From positions 8,702 through 72,701 of the forward strand of contig JALGSW010000001.1 of assembly GCA_029821635.1 (NCBI GenBank): a DNA stretch of 64,000 bases, in the 5' to 3' direction. The notes beneath the pieces were generated by a model, which saw nothing but the letters and a program-made list of their open reading frames with translations, was not told the origin of the DNA and made no database searches. This DNA is from Candidatus Zipacnadia bacterium. GTDB taxonomy: Bacteria; Armatimonadota; Zipacnadia; Zipacnadales; UBA5352. Position 1 is the stretch's first letter. The number at the start of each line of letters is the position of its first letter. Made by a program: the position numbers and the translations under genes. Below, piece by piece: positions 44,422 through 53,578 of this stretch.

Positions 44422-45966
44422 TTGGGCAGCGTGATTGAGCTGGAGGAGAAACTGACGGCGATCGACCCGGTCGGCGGCTGGCGGCGCTGGCTCGGATATG
44501 ACGCTGACCGCGACCGCGGCCTGCTGGTCAGTCGGCCTGCGGACGCGTCCGCACAGTTGGTGGCGGGGGATGGTGAAGGCGGCGCGCCTCAGGCGACGCT
44601 GCTGCGGCACCCCGGACTCGCGCGCGTGGTTGAGGCGGAGGCCGACGGCGAGGGCCGCCGCGTCGTGGAGGAGGTGGGGCAGGCTCGGTCGCTGAGCGAC
44701 GGGCGCTGCCGTCTCCCACGCGGGGAGGCCCTGACGAACGGGCTGCTCGGGCTGTTGGAGGCGCTGGCCTACCTGCACCGGCAGGGCCTGAGCCACGGGG
44801 CGGTGGCGCGCGCCACGGTCTTCTCCGATGGCAGAGCGTTGCTGCTCACGGGCGTGGCGCTGGGCCCTCGGGCGTCGGCGTCGCCATCGGCGGACGTGCG
44901 TGACTGGGCGCGACTGACTTCGGAGCTGCTGGATGGCGCGCGTGGCGGTGCGAACGCGGAGCTGCTGCGGGAAGCGGCCCGGCAGGTCGTGGCGGCCGTG
45001 GATGACGGGCGGACGCTCGATGCAGCCCGCGTGGCCCAGGCGATCCACCGGGCGCAGGGCGCCGGTGGCGGGGCAGCCGGTGGCGAGGACGCCGGCGCGC
45101 CGGCCGACGCGGACAGTGACGCTGAGATCGAAGCGGACACGGACGGACCTGAGCGGAGCCGGCAGATGAAGGCGCTCCTCGCAGTCCTGAATGTCATCGG
45201 CAACTTCATCCTCGGGTCGCTGACGACGGTGCTGACCATCGCCCTGATCGGCGGCGCGATCGCGCTTGGCGTCATCTGGTTCCTCGGCCGGCTTCCGCAG
45301 GAGGTTCGGGTGCCGATGGTGGTGGGGCTGGAGCGCAAGCAGGCTGAGGACCGTTTGAAGCAGGACGCGCTCGAGGTCGGGCGTGTGCGCTCCGTCTATC
45401 GGGAGGACGTTGACCCCGGCTACGTGGCAGCGACGACGCCGCCGGAAGGCATGGTCGTGCGCGAGGGCCGCGAGGTAACGCTCGTTGTGAGCATGGGAGC
45501 GGCGCAGGTCAAGGTGCCTCGCGTGGTCGGCCTGCGCCTCGACGAGGCGGAGAAGGTGCTGGAGAAGCAGGGGCTCGCGCTCGTGGATGGCGGCAAGATC
45601 CGGTCGGGGTCACCGGAGGGCGAGATCGTTCATCAGGACCCGCCGGCCGGACGCAAGATCGCTCAGGGCCAGCGCGTGATGGCGCAGGTGAGCGGCGGTC
45701 CGGAGTTCGGCGTGGTGGAGGTCGAGGGCGATGACGAGGACGGGGAGCCGCAGCGCATGGTCTTCCGGCGGGTGGAGGTCATCGTGCCGAGGGGCGATGC
45801 GCTCCAGCGCGTCGTGGTGCGTGAGGGCTATGACGACGACCTCGAGACCACCTACGACCGGCTGCGCCGCCCCGGCGATCGGGTGAAGCTGGACACGTAC
45901 GGCAGACCCGGCAAGCAGATCAAGGTCCTCATCGAGGGGGATGAGGTCTTCAAGACCCAGCTTTGA
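44422..45966 (+). CDS. degenerate Ser/Thr-kinase-like (pseudokinase) membrane protein with PASTA repeats
   Basis: The kinase C-lobe-like ALAYLHRQGLSHGAVARATVF...LLLTGVALG has HRD replaced by SHG and DFG by TGV, with no Gly-loop or VAIK seen. TM segment LLAVLNVIGNFILGSLTTVLTIALIGGAIALGVIWFL. Two PASTA-like units follow (VPMVVGLERKQAEDRL..., VPRVVGLRLDEAEKVL...). TTG start. Confidence 0.65.
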   Translation: MGSVIELEEKLTAIDPVGGWRRWLGYDADRDRGLLVSRPADASAQLVAGDGEGGAPQATLLRHPGLARVVEAEADGEGRRVVEEVGQARSLSDGRCRLPRGEALTNGLLGLLEALAYLHRQGLSHGAVARATVFSDGRALLLTGVALGPRASASPSADVRDWARLTSELLDGARGGANAELLREAARQVVAAVDDGRTLDAARVAQAIHRAQGAGGGAAGGEDAGAPADADSDAEIEADTDGPERSRQMKALLAVLNVIGNFILGSLTTVLTIALIGGAIALGVIWFLGRLPQEVRVPMVVGLERKQAEDRLKQDALEVGRVRSVYREDVDPGYVAATTPPEGMVVREGREVTLVVSMGAAQVKVPRVVGLRLDEAEKVLEKQGLALVDGGKIRSGSPEGEIVHQDPPAGRKIAQGQRVMAQVSGGPEFGVVEVEGDDEDGEPQRMVFRRVEVIVPRGDALQRVVVREGYDDDLETTYDRLRRPGDRVKLDTYGRPGKQIKVLIEGDEVFKTQL

Positions 45967-45967
45967 G

Positions 45968-46573
45968 ATGGCAACAGGTCATGGCATGGCGGCGAACCGG
46001 TCGGAGGCCGATCTGATCAGGGCTGCGCGAGCGGGCGACGCGGATGCATTCGACCGTCTCGTGCAGGCTCACTACAGCAGCGTGTACAACATCGCCTACC
46101 GGATGCTGTCCACCCCCAGCGCCGCCTCCGACGCCACGCAGACCACCTTCGTCCGAGTCTTCGAAGCGATCACCTCCTTCCGCGGCGACGCGAGCTTCGG
46201 CACCTGGCTCTACCGCATCACCATGAACGTATGCCTCGACCAGCTCCGCCGCCGGAAGAACCAGCCCCTGAGCCTCACTGATGAGGACGAGGACGGCGAG
46301 CTCGCCGGCGAGCGGGAGCTGCCCGACCTGACCGACGAGCCCTCCGGCACCGCCGAGCAGCGCGAGCTGCAGGAGCTTGTGCATGAGGCGATCGGACGGC
46401 TCTCCGAGGACTTCCGCACGGTGATCGTGCTCTACGACATCCGCGGGCTGTCGTACCAGGAGGTCGCGCAGGTGCTGGCGATCCCGCTGGGCACGGTAAA
46501 GTCGCGGCTCAATCGCGCGCGACTGGCGCTGCGCGATGAGATGGAGCCGTGGGTGGAACTTTTCGACGCATGA
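45968..46573 (+). CDS. ECF (group 4) sigma-70 family sigma factor
   Basis: Region 2 FDRLVQAHYSSVYNIAYRML...FGTWLYRITMNVCLDQLRRR and region 4 SYQEVAQVLAIPLGTVKSRLNRAR. The ATG is 2 nt after the previous stop. Confidence 0.85.
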   Translation: MATGHGMAANRSEADLIRAARAGDADAFDRLVQAHYSSVYNIAYRMLSTPSAASDATQTTFVRVFEAITSFRGDASFGTWLYRITMNVCLDQLRRRKNQPLSLTDEDEDGELAGERELPDLTDEPSGTAEQRELQELVHEAIGRLSEDFRTVIVLYDIRGLSYQEVAQVLAIPLGTVKSRLNRARLALRDEMEPWVELFDA

Positions 46574-46620
46574 CGCCGTCATACCCGTGATTGCAGACCG
46601 GACAGTCAGGACATGCAACG

Positions 46621-48201
46621 ATGACCTGTGAGCAGTGCCTGGACAAGCTGACGGAGTTCCTCGTGGGAGATCTCCCGCCCGACGCAGAGCGGGAGGTCCG
46701 CGCGCACGTGGCTGCGTGCCCGGAGTGCGCGCGTGCCCTTGCGCAGGTGCGCGGGCTCGTGGGCGTGCTGCACGGCCTCCCGGAGGTCGAGCCGCCCGCC
46801 GAGCTGCGTGAGCGCCTTCGTGCGATCCCCGGGGCCGTTGGTGAGCCCGATCACGTGTGGTGGCGGCGCTGGCAGCCGATTGCGGCCGGCTTTGCCGCCG
46901 CCGCCGCGGTCGTGCTGATGCTGTCGATCGGCTTCATCACCTACCAGCGTGAGACAGGCGAGGTGCCGGGCGCGCTGATGGCTGAGCGAGGCGCGCCGGC
47001 CGATGACGCGGTCGCGACCGACGGCGAGGGCGCGCCGGCCGAGGCCAGAACGCCCGACACCGAGGTCGCTGCTGAGGCGCCGATCGCTGAGACCGCTCCC
47101 AACGAAGTCGCAGCCGACGAGGCCGCCGCGGCCGGCGCGCAGCCTGCTGATTCCGCGCCGACGCCCCGTGGGGCGGATCGTCGCACCGGGACGCGCGACG
47201 TGCCGACGGCCTCCACGGAAACGGTCACTCCCGAGCGTCCGCGCCCGGCGCCGCCGAGCGGGCGTGCACCTGCTCCTGAAGAGGTGCCCGCCATCCAGCC
47301 GCCCCCGCCGCAGCCGCGAAGCGATCATGTCGGCCGCGCGGCGGACGCTGACGAGCGGTCTGGCACACCCACGATTGCTCCAGGAGCGGCCGCTCCCGCG
47401 GCGGAAGCTCACGGGGTGAGCGCGTACCAGCCGGCCGAGGTACTCGCCGGGCCTGCCGGTGCGAGCCGTCCCGCCGGACCAGCGGGACCCGCTGGTCCAG
47501 CCGGATCGCGTGCGGCCAGGGGGGCGATGGTCGCCGCGATGGGAGCTGCGCCGGAGCCGGACGTGATGAAGCTCGCGCCGCCGGCCTACCTCGACGCAGG
47601 TGAGGGCGGCAGCGCCCGCGTCGGCGAGGGAACGCCCTTCACCGTCGGCGTCACGCCGCCGCATGAGAGGGTCGCCGGCACGATCGTGGCCGCGACGATC
47701 CGGCTGGAGGCGGAGGCCGACGTGGCGCGCGCGCGGTTGACCGTCGCGGGCTCGGAGGACCTTGAGCTCGTCGGCCTGGGTGACGATGGCGTGCTGTTCG
47801 AGGGGCCGCTCGCGGCCGGTCAGGAGACCGTGCTGAGCGTGCGCATGCTGGCGCACAGGCCCGGCACGCAGGCGGTCACGCTGCGTATCCGCAGCACCGA
47901 CCCCGTGGTGGACACCCAGCTCGACGTTGGCATGGGAGAGTTCACCGCGCCGGTGCCGCCCGCCGATCGCCCGGTGCAGTTCAACTTTGTTGGCACGCCG
48001 ATCCGCGAGGCCGTGGCGGAGATCACGCGGCAGTCGGGGATGCGCGTGATCGTCGATCCGGGCGTGGGTGACGCGACGGTCACCGCACGGGCCGACGACG
48101 CGATCCCCGCCGCCGCCGCGCTGCGCGCCATCGCGGAGGCCGCCGGGCTGCAGGTCAGTCAGAGGCGTGGCGCCTGCGTCGTCGAGGGGGCCGCTGAGTA
48201 G
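46621..48201 (+). CDS. zf-HC2 anti-sigma factor with Ala/Pro-rich periplasmic region and C-terminal STN-like domain
   Basis: MTCEQCLDKLTEFLVGDL...HVAACPECA (H-x3-C-x2-C). TM segment PIAAGFAAAAAVVLMLSIGFI. C-terminal VQFNFVGTPIREAVAEITRQSGMRVIVDPGVGDATVTARADDAIPAAAALRAIAEAAGLQV. The alternative start at 46591 is not excluded. Confidence 0.75.
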   Translation: MTCEQCLDKLTEFLVGDLPPDAEREVRAHVAACPECARALAQVRGLVGVLHGLPEVEPPAELRERLRAIPGAVGEPDHVWWRRWQPIAAGFAAAAAVVLMLSIGFITYQRETGEVPGALMAERGAPADDAVATDGEGAPAEARTPDTEVAAEAPIAETAPNEVAADEAAAAGAQPADSAPTPRGADRRTGTRDVPTASTETVTPERPRPAPPSGRAPAPEEVPAIQPPPPQPRSDHVGRAADADERSGTPTIAPGAAAPAAEAHGVSAYQPAEVLAGPAGASRPAGPAGPAGPAGSRAARGAMVAAMGAAPEPDVMKLAPPAYLDAGEGGSARVGEGTPFTVGVTPPHERVAGTIVAATIRLEAEADVARARLTVAGSEDLELVGLGDDGVLFEGPLAAGQETVLSVRMLAHRPGTQAVTLRIRSTDPVVDTQLDVGMGEFTAPVPPADRPVQFNFVGTPIREAVAEITRQSGMRVIVDPGVGDATVTARADDAIPAAAALRAIAEAAGLQVSQRRGACVVEGAAE

Positions 48202-48203
48202 CT

Positions 48204-48983
48204 GTGACCGGACTGCGCCCCGCGCCGTGGCCGCTGGCCGCACTGCTTGCGCTCGTTGCGCTCGGACTCGTTCCCGCGTGCTTCGCCGAGGACGCGCCGA
48301 GCGTCCTCACTCCCAGCGTCGCGGTCTTCCCCTTCGCCGACCCCGCCGACCTGCCCGACCGCATGATCGGCCGCCGAGCCGCCGACGCGACCTGGGCGGC
48401 CCTGCGCACCGACGCTCCGTGGGAGCCGGCCGATCCGGCGTGGCTGCTGCGGCTGTGCGAGGCCGAGGGCGTGCAAGCTCCGTTCGCGGTCGGCCACCTG
48501 CAGATGCTCGGTCAGCGGATGCGCGCGCCGCTGGCGGCGGCGGGCCTCGTGGAGACCTGCGAGCTCAATCCAAGACGCGGGATCGCTCAGGTCACGCTGC
48601 TGGTCGAGCTCGTGGAGACCCTCGGCGGCAACAGCCTCGCATCCGCACGCGGCGTGGCGTCGGCTACGCGGGAGCAGGGCGAGCCACTCGATGGCGCGCT
48701 CGACCGCGCGCTGACCGAGGCGGCGACGGATGCCGCGCGGCAGCTGGCGTCCTTCGACGCGGCGTCGGCCATCGTTGTGGCGACGCTGCCCGACGGGCGG
48801 GTGCTGATGGACGGCCCGGCCGAGCCGCGGATCAAGCAGGGGGCGAAGCTGGTGATCTTCCGCGGCGCAGATGTGATCGGCGCCGTCGAGGTAAGGTCCA
48901 GCAGGCTCACGGTGCTGCACACCGAGCCGCTGGCGGGTGAGGGCTTTTTCCAGGGAGATCGCGGCGTCGTGGTCGCGCGGTGA
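48204..48983 (+). CDS. hypothetical secreted or lipoprotein, co-operonic with the sigma/anti-sigma pair
   Basis: GTG start 3 nt after the anti-sigma stop. N-terminus LAALLALVALGLVPACFAED is a signal peptide with a possible lipobox Cys. No family recognised. Confidence 0.5.
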   Translation: MTGLRPAPWPLAALLALVALGLVPACFAEDAPSVLTPSVAVFPFADPADLPDRMIGRRAADATWAALRTDAPWEPADPAWLLRLCEAEGVQAPFAVGHLQMLGQRMRAPLAAAGLVETCELNPRRGIAQVTLLVELVETLGGNSLASARGVASATREQGEPLDGALDRALTEAATDAARQLASFDAASAIVVATLPDGRVLMDGPAEPRIKQGAKLVIFRGADVIGAVEVRSSRLTVLHTEPLAGEGFFQGDRGVVVAR

Positions 48984-49118
48984 GCGGCACTCGCGGAGGT
49001 CTGCGCGCGCTGTCAGGCGAACAGTGCGGTGGAGCCGGATGGCTCCATCGACTTCATTTGTGCGAACGCAGTTCCGCGCGGACCGCGCGCGCGTCGCGCG
49101 CGCCCCTCGGGAGGAGAC

Positions 49119-50036
49119 GTGGCGACGGCTTTCCTCGGGCTGGACGTCGGCAACACGCGGCTGAGCGCGGCGCTTGTGTCGCGCGATGGTCGTGTGCTGG
49201 CGCTTAGACGTGGCGAGGCGCCTCCGACCGCTGACGAGGCGGTCGAGGCGCTTGTGCGGTTGACGCAGGAGCTGATGGGCCAGGCGGACACCGCGCTTGA
49301 GGCCGCCGGGATCGGCTTTGGCGGGCCGGTGGACACGCGCAGCGGCGAGGTCCGCGGCTCGTTCCTCAGCTCAGGGTGGGAGGGCCTGCCGCTGGGGCGG
49401 CTGATGGCCGAGCGCCTCGGCATGGCGACGTGGCTGGCGAACGATGCAGACGCGGGCGGCCTTGGGGAGGCGCGCTTTGGCGCGGGGCGAGGGGCGAGCA
49501 GCCTCCTCTACGTGAACGTTGGCACCGGCATCGGTGGCGCGGTCCTGCTCGACGGGCGGCTGCACGTCGGCGCGACGTCGAGCGCGGGGGAGATCGGGCA
49601 CATGGTGCTCAGCCCCGACGGCCCCGTCTGCGAGTGCGGCAAGCGCGGCTGCCTGCAGGTGCTCGCCTCCGGCACCGCGATCGCCCGCCGCGCGCGGGAG
49701 CGGCTGCACCGGGAGATGACCGGCCGGGAGGTCGGCGAAGCCGCGCTGGCGGGTGACCCTCAGGCCCTTGAGGTGATCGACGAGGCCGCGTGGTGGCTGG
49801 GGCTGGCGCTGGCGAACGCGGCGCAACTGCTCGACCCGGAGCGCATCGTGATCGGCGGAGGCGTGGCGGAGCTGGGCGAGGTCTTCCTCGCGCCGGTCCG
49901 CGCATCGCATTGCACGCACACCCTCGGACCGGCGGCTCAGACGCCGATCGTGCCGGCCGAGCTAGGATATGACGCAGGCGTGATCGGGGCGGCCGCCGTC
50001 GCGATGGAAGGCGCCGGCGCTCGCTCCGACCCGTGA
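49119..50036 (+). CDS. ROK-family sugar kinase (glucokinase-like)
   Basis: LGLDVGNTRLSAALV, GIGFGGPVD and the ROK zinc motif CECGKRGCLQVLASG. The start is at GTG 49119 after GGAGGAG. Confidence 0.8.
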   Translation: MATAFLGLDVGNTRLSAALVSRDGRVLALRRGEAPPTADEAVEALVRLTQELMGQADTALEAAGIGFGGPVDTRSGEVRGSFLSSGWEGLPLGRLMAERLGMATWLANDADAGGLGEARFGAGRGASSLLYVNVGTGIGGAVLLDGRLHVGATSSAGEIGHMVLSPDGPVCECGKRGCLQVLASGTAIARRARERLHREMTGREVGEAALAGDPQALEVIDEAAWWLGLALANAAQLLDPERIVIGGGVAELGEVFLAPVRASHCTHTLGPAAQTPIVPAELGYDAGVIGAAAVAMEGAGARSDP

Positions 50037-50878
50037 CTAACGCACCCAGGAGGACCGTGACAATGATCGATCTGAGTAACCTTGCGGGCTACCCGCTCAA
50101 GTTCGACCCGGACACCGTCGGCCTGTCGTTCGGCTCGGAAATACGCATGCCGCAGTACAGCACGCGCGAACTCGACGCGCTCCGGCCGGTGCTGCTCGAT
50201 CCGGACGCCGAGGGCCCGGACGTGATCTACTGGATGTTCCGCAACACGGGCATGCCCGAGGACGCGGGCCTTTACGAGGCCCATGATCTGCGCTACGATG
50301 TCAGCGCGTTCCAGTCGGTCATGCTCGGCCCTGAGTACATGAAGACCTCCGGGCACTACCACCCGATGATTCCCGGCACGCGGCACTCCTACCCGGAGGT
50401 CTACGAGATCCTCTACGGGGAGGCGCTCTACATCATGCAGGCGCTCGACGATTACGCCGCCTCGCCCGACGAGGTCGTGGTCGAGGACGTCATCCTGTGC
50501 CGCGTGAAGGCCGGACAGAAGATCATCATGCCGCCCGGATACGGGCACGTGACCGTCAACACGCTCGACCAACCGTTGATGATGAGCAACTGGGTGAGCA
50601 GCCGCTTCAGCTCGTTCTACGGCACCACCGAGGCCGCGCGCGGCTTCGCCTGGTACGTGGTGGACGATGGCGGCGAGCCGAGCTACATTGAGAACAACAG
50701 CTACGCACGGGGCGTCCCGGCGGTGCGCTGGGCGGAAGTGCGCGAGGTGCCCGAACTCGGGCTGACCTGGGACGTGCCGATGTACCAGGCCTGCGCCGAG
50801 GCGCCGGAGCGCTTCGAGTTCCTCAACAGGCCCTGGGAGTACGAGGAGCTCATCTGGGCCAACCTCGATCTTGCGTAG
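50033..50878 (+). CDS. cupin-type glucose-6-phosphate isomerase family protein
   Basis: KTSGHYHP...YPEVYEILYGE and MPPGYGHVTVN fit the cupin-PGI signatures T-x-G-H-x-H...E and PP-x3-H-x3-N. The start could be GTG 50033 or ATG 50063. Confidence 0.6.
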   Translation: MTNAPRRTVTMIDLSNLAGYPLKFDPDTVGLSFGSEIRMPQYSTRELDALRPVLLDPDAEGPDVIYWMFRNTGMPEDAGLYEAHDLRYDVSAFQSVMLGPEYMKTSGHYHPMIPGTRHSYPEVYEILYGEALYIMQALDDYAASPDEVVVEDVILCRVKAGQKIIMPPGYGHVTVNTLDQPLMMSNWVSSRFSSFYGTTEAARGFAWYVVDDGGEPSYIENNSYARGVPAVRWAEVREVPELGLTWDVPMYQACAEAPERFEFLNRPWEYEELIWANLDLA

Positions 50879-50892
50879 CAGGTTTCACCGCG

Positions 50893-50922
50893 TTGCGGGC
50901 CGGGTAACATGAAAGGCAATAT
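50893..50922 (+). promoter_or_regulatory. possible promoter for guaB
   Basis: TTGCGG, an 18-nt spacer, then CAATAT. It has the same 18-nt spacing as the two stronger promoters in the window but weaker hexamers. Confidence 0.3.
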
Positions 50923-50960
50923 CCACTCCCGGACGCCGCGGAATCCACGGAGGTGACACG

Positions 50961-52442
50961 ATGGAGGGCCGCTTTGAGAAGGAAGGTCTCTCCTTTGACG
51001 ACGTGCTGCTCCTGCCGTCGAAGGCCGTGAGCGACAAGTATGACGTGGCGATCAACACGCTCATTACCCCGACCATCGGGCTGAACATCCCGATCGTGAG
51101 CGCGGCGATGGACCGTGTGACCGAATCGCGCCTGGCGATCGCAGTCGCGCGTGAGGGCGGCATCGGCATCATCCACCGCAACATGGACCCCGAGGCTCAG
51201 GCGCTCGAGGTGGACCGGGTCAAGCGCTCTGAGAGCGGCATGATCATCGATCCGATCACCCTCGGGCCGCTGCAGACTGTCGCCGAGGCGCTGCAGATCA
51301 TGTCGGAGTATCACATCTCCGGCCTGCCGATCACCGACCCCGACGAGAAGCTGCTCGGGATCCTCACCAACCGCGACCTGCGTTTCGAGACCGACCTCGC
51401 CAAACGCGTCGAGGACGCGATGACCCGCGAGGGCCTCGTCACCACCCGTGAGGGCACCACCCTCGAGGAGGCGAAGGCGATCCTGCACAAGCACCGGATC
51501 GAGAAGCTGCCGGTGGTTGATGAGGCAGGCTATCTGCGCGGGCTGATCACGATCAAGGACATTGAGAAGGTCGCGCAGTTCCCGAGCGCCTGCAAGGACG
51601 AGCACGGTCGCCTCCGCGTGGGCGCGGCGGTCGGCGTAGGCGACGACGCGCGCGAGCGCGCCCGCCTGCTCGTAGACCGCGGCGTGGACCTGGTCATCAT
51701 CGACTCCGCCCACGGCCACTCCATCGGGGTGATCGACACCGTGAGCTGGCTCAAGGGCGAGTTCCCCGAGCTGCAGGTTGTTGCGGGCAACGTCGGCACG
51801 GCCGAAGGCACTGAGGCGCTGGTCGAGGCGGGCGCGGACGGTGTGAAGGTCGGCATCGGGCCCGGCTCGATCTGCACCACGCGCATCGTCGCGGGCGCGG
51901 GCGTACCCCAGGTCACGGCGATCAGCGATTGCCGCGAGGCCGCGAAGAGCCTCGGCGTCACCGTCATCGCCGACGGCGGCATCCGCTACTCAGGTGACAT
52001 CACGAAGGCCATCGCCGCGGGCGCGGACTGCGTCATGATCGGCTCGCTGCTGGCCGGGACCGAGGAGAGCCCCGGCGAGACGGTGCTCTACCGTGGCCGC
52101 ACATACAAGGAGTACCGCGGCATGGGCTCGATCGCCGCGATGAAGGACCGCTCGTCGGTCCGCGATCGCTACGGCCAGGGCAACGTGGTTCGCGAGGAGG
52201 AGCTTGTGCCCGAGGGCCTGGAGGGCCGCGTGCCCTACAAGGGCTCGCTCTCCGCGGTCGTCCATCAGCTCATGGGCGGCCTCCAGTCGGGCATGGGCTA
52301 CTGCGGCGTGCGCAGCATCAATGCGCTCATGACCGAGACGAAGTTCGTCCGCGTCACCGCGGCCGGCATGCATGAGAGCCACCCGCATGACATCACGATC
52401 ACCGAGGAAGCGCCGAACTACCAGATACCGGACAGCGTGTGA
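50961..52442 (+). CDS. guaB: IMP dehydrogenase
   Basis: [11 protein letters not shown], a CBS pair region, and the catalytic loop [21 protein letters not shown]. 493 aa. Confidence 0.95.
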   Translation: MEGRFEKEGLSFDDVLLLPSKAVSDKYDVAINTLITPTIGLNIPIVSAAMDRVTESRLAIAVAREGGIGIIHRNMDPEAQALEVDRVKRSESGMIIDPITLGPLQTVAEALQIMSEYHISGLPITDPDEKLLGILTNRDLRFETDLAKRVEDAMTREGLVTTREGTTLEEAKAILHKHRIEKLPVVDEAGYLRGLITIKDIEKVAQFPSACKDEHGRLRVGAAVGVGDDARERARLLVDRGVDLVIIDSAHGHSIGVIDTVSWLKGEFPELQVVAGNVGTAEGTEALVEAGADGVKVGIGPGSICTTRIVAGAGVPQVTAISDCREAAKSLGVTVIADGGIRYSGDITKAIAAGADCVMIGSLLAGTEESPGETVLYRGRTYKEYRGMGSIAAMKDRSSVRDRYGQGNVVREEELVPEGLEGRVPYKGSLSAVVHQLMGGLQSGMGYCGVRSINALMTETKFVRVTAAGMHESHPHDITITEEAPNYQIPDSV

Positions 52443-52450
52443 GGCGACGC

Positions 52451-53578
52451 ATGAGCAGTCACAGGATCGCGGTCATTGACGGAGACGGGATCGGGCCGGA
52501 GGTCGTGGCGGAGGTTCTGCGCGTCCTCGACGCGGTCGCAGAGCCCGCGGGCTTCGAGTACGAGACGACGCTCTTCCCGTGGGGCTGCAGGTACTACGTC
52601 GAGCACGGGCACACGATGCCCGCCGACGCCATCGCGATGCTCGCACACTACGACGCGATCTTCCTCGGCGCGGTCGGTGACCCACGCATCGCGCCTGAGG
52701 AGGTCGCGGGTGTCGGACCGGTGCTCGCGATCCGCTTCGGCTTCGATCAGTACGCGAACATCCGCCCGGTCAAACCCCTTCCCGGCGCCCCCTACCCGCT
52801 CGCGCGCCCCGCGCCCGACGCGATCGACTTCACCGTGGTCCGCGAGGCCACCGAGGGCATCTACGTAGGCCTCGGCGGGCGCTTCGCCCCCGATGACCCT
52901 CAGGTCGCCGAGATCGTCGCGATGCGCAAAGTCTTCGAGCAGTCATCGGAGATCGCGCTGCAGACCGGCGTCTTCAGCGAGGCGGGCTCGCGGCGCGTCA
53001 TCGAGCGCGCGTTCCTGCTCGCCGAGGAGCGCGACGGCCGGCGCCTCGTCACGAGCGCCACGAAGGCCAACGCGATGAAGCACGGGATGTCGCTGTGGAA
53101 CGACGTGTTCGCCGACGTCGCGCGCGAGCACCCCGACGTGCAGAGCGAGTGGAACAACATCGACGCGCTGGCGATGCGCTTCGTGCTCAAGCCCGAAAGC
53201 CTCGACGTCGTGGTCGCGCCCAACCTCTTCGGTGACATCCTCACCGACCTGTCTGCGGCACTGCTCGGCGGCCTTGGCTTCGCACCCTCGGCCAACCTCG
53301 GCGACGGTCACTTCCCCGCGATGTTCGAGCCCTGCCACGGCTCGGCGCCGGACATCTCCGGGAAGGGCATCGCCAACCCGACGGCGTCGCTGCTTACGCT
53401 CGCGATGATGCTCGAGCGCCTCGGCGAGCAGGCGGCGGCGCGGGCGGTCGAGGATGCCGTGCGCTCGGTCGTGGCGGCGGGCGAGGTGCGCACCCCGGAC
53501 ATGGGTGGCGCCTCCTCGACCGAAGAGATGGGCCGCGCAATGGCAGGCATAGCCGCGGAGATGCTGGCGGAGCGCTGA
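52451..53578 (+). CDS. isocitrate/isopropylmalate dehydrogenase family, tartrate/D-malate dehydrogenase-like
   Basis: [36 protein letters not shown] and [10 protein letters not shown]. The F-x-W-x-C-x-x-Y...G-x-x-MP segment looks more TtuC/D-malate-type than LeuB-type. ATG 52451 follows GAGG. Confidence 0.7.
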   Translation: MSSHRIAVIDGDGIGPEVVAEVLRVLDAVAEPAGFEYETTLFPWGCRYYVEHGHTMPADAIAMLAHYDAIFLGAVGDPRIAPEEVAGVGPVLAIRFGFDQYANIRPVKPLPGAPYPLARPAPDAIDFTVVREATEGIYVGLGGRFAPDDPQVAEIVAMRKVFEQSSEIALQTGVFSEAGSRRVIERAFLLAEERDGRRLVTSATKANAMKHGMSLWNDVFADVAREHPDVQSEWNNIDALAMRFVLKPESLDVVVAPNLFGDILTDLSAALLGGLGFAPSANLGDGHFPAMFEPCHGSAPDISGKGIANPTASLLTLAMMLERLGEQAAARAVEDAVRSVVAAGEVRTPDMGGASSTEEMGRAMAGIAAEMLAER

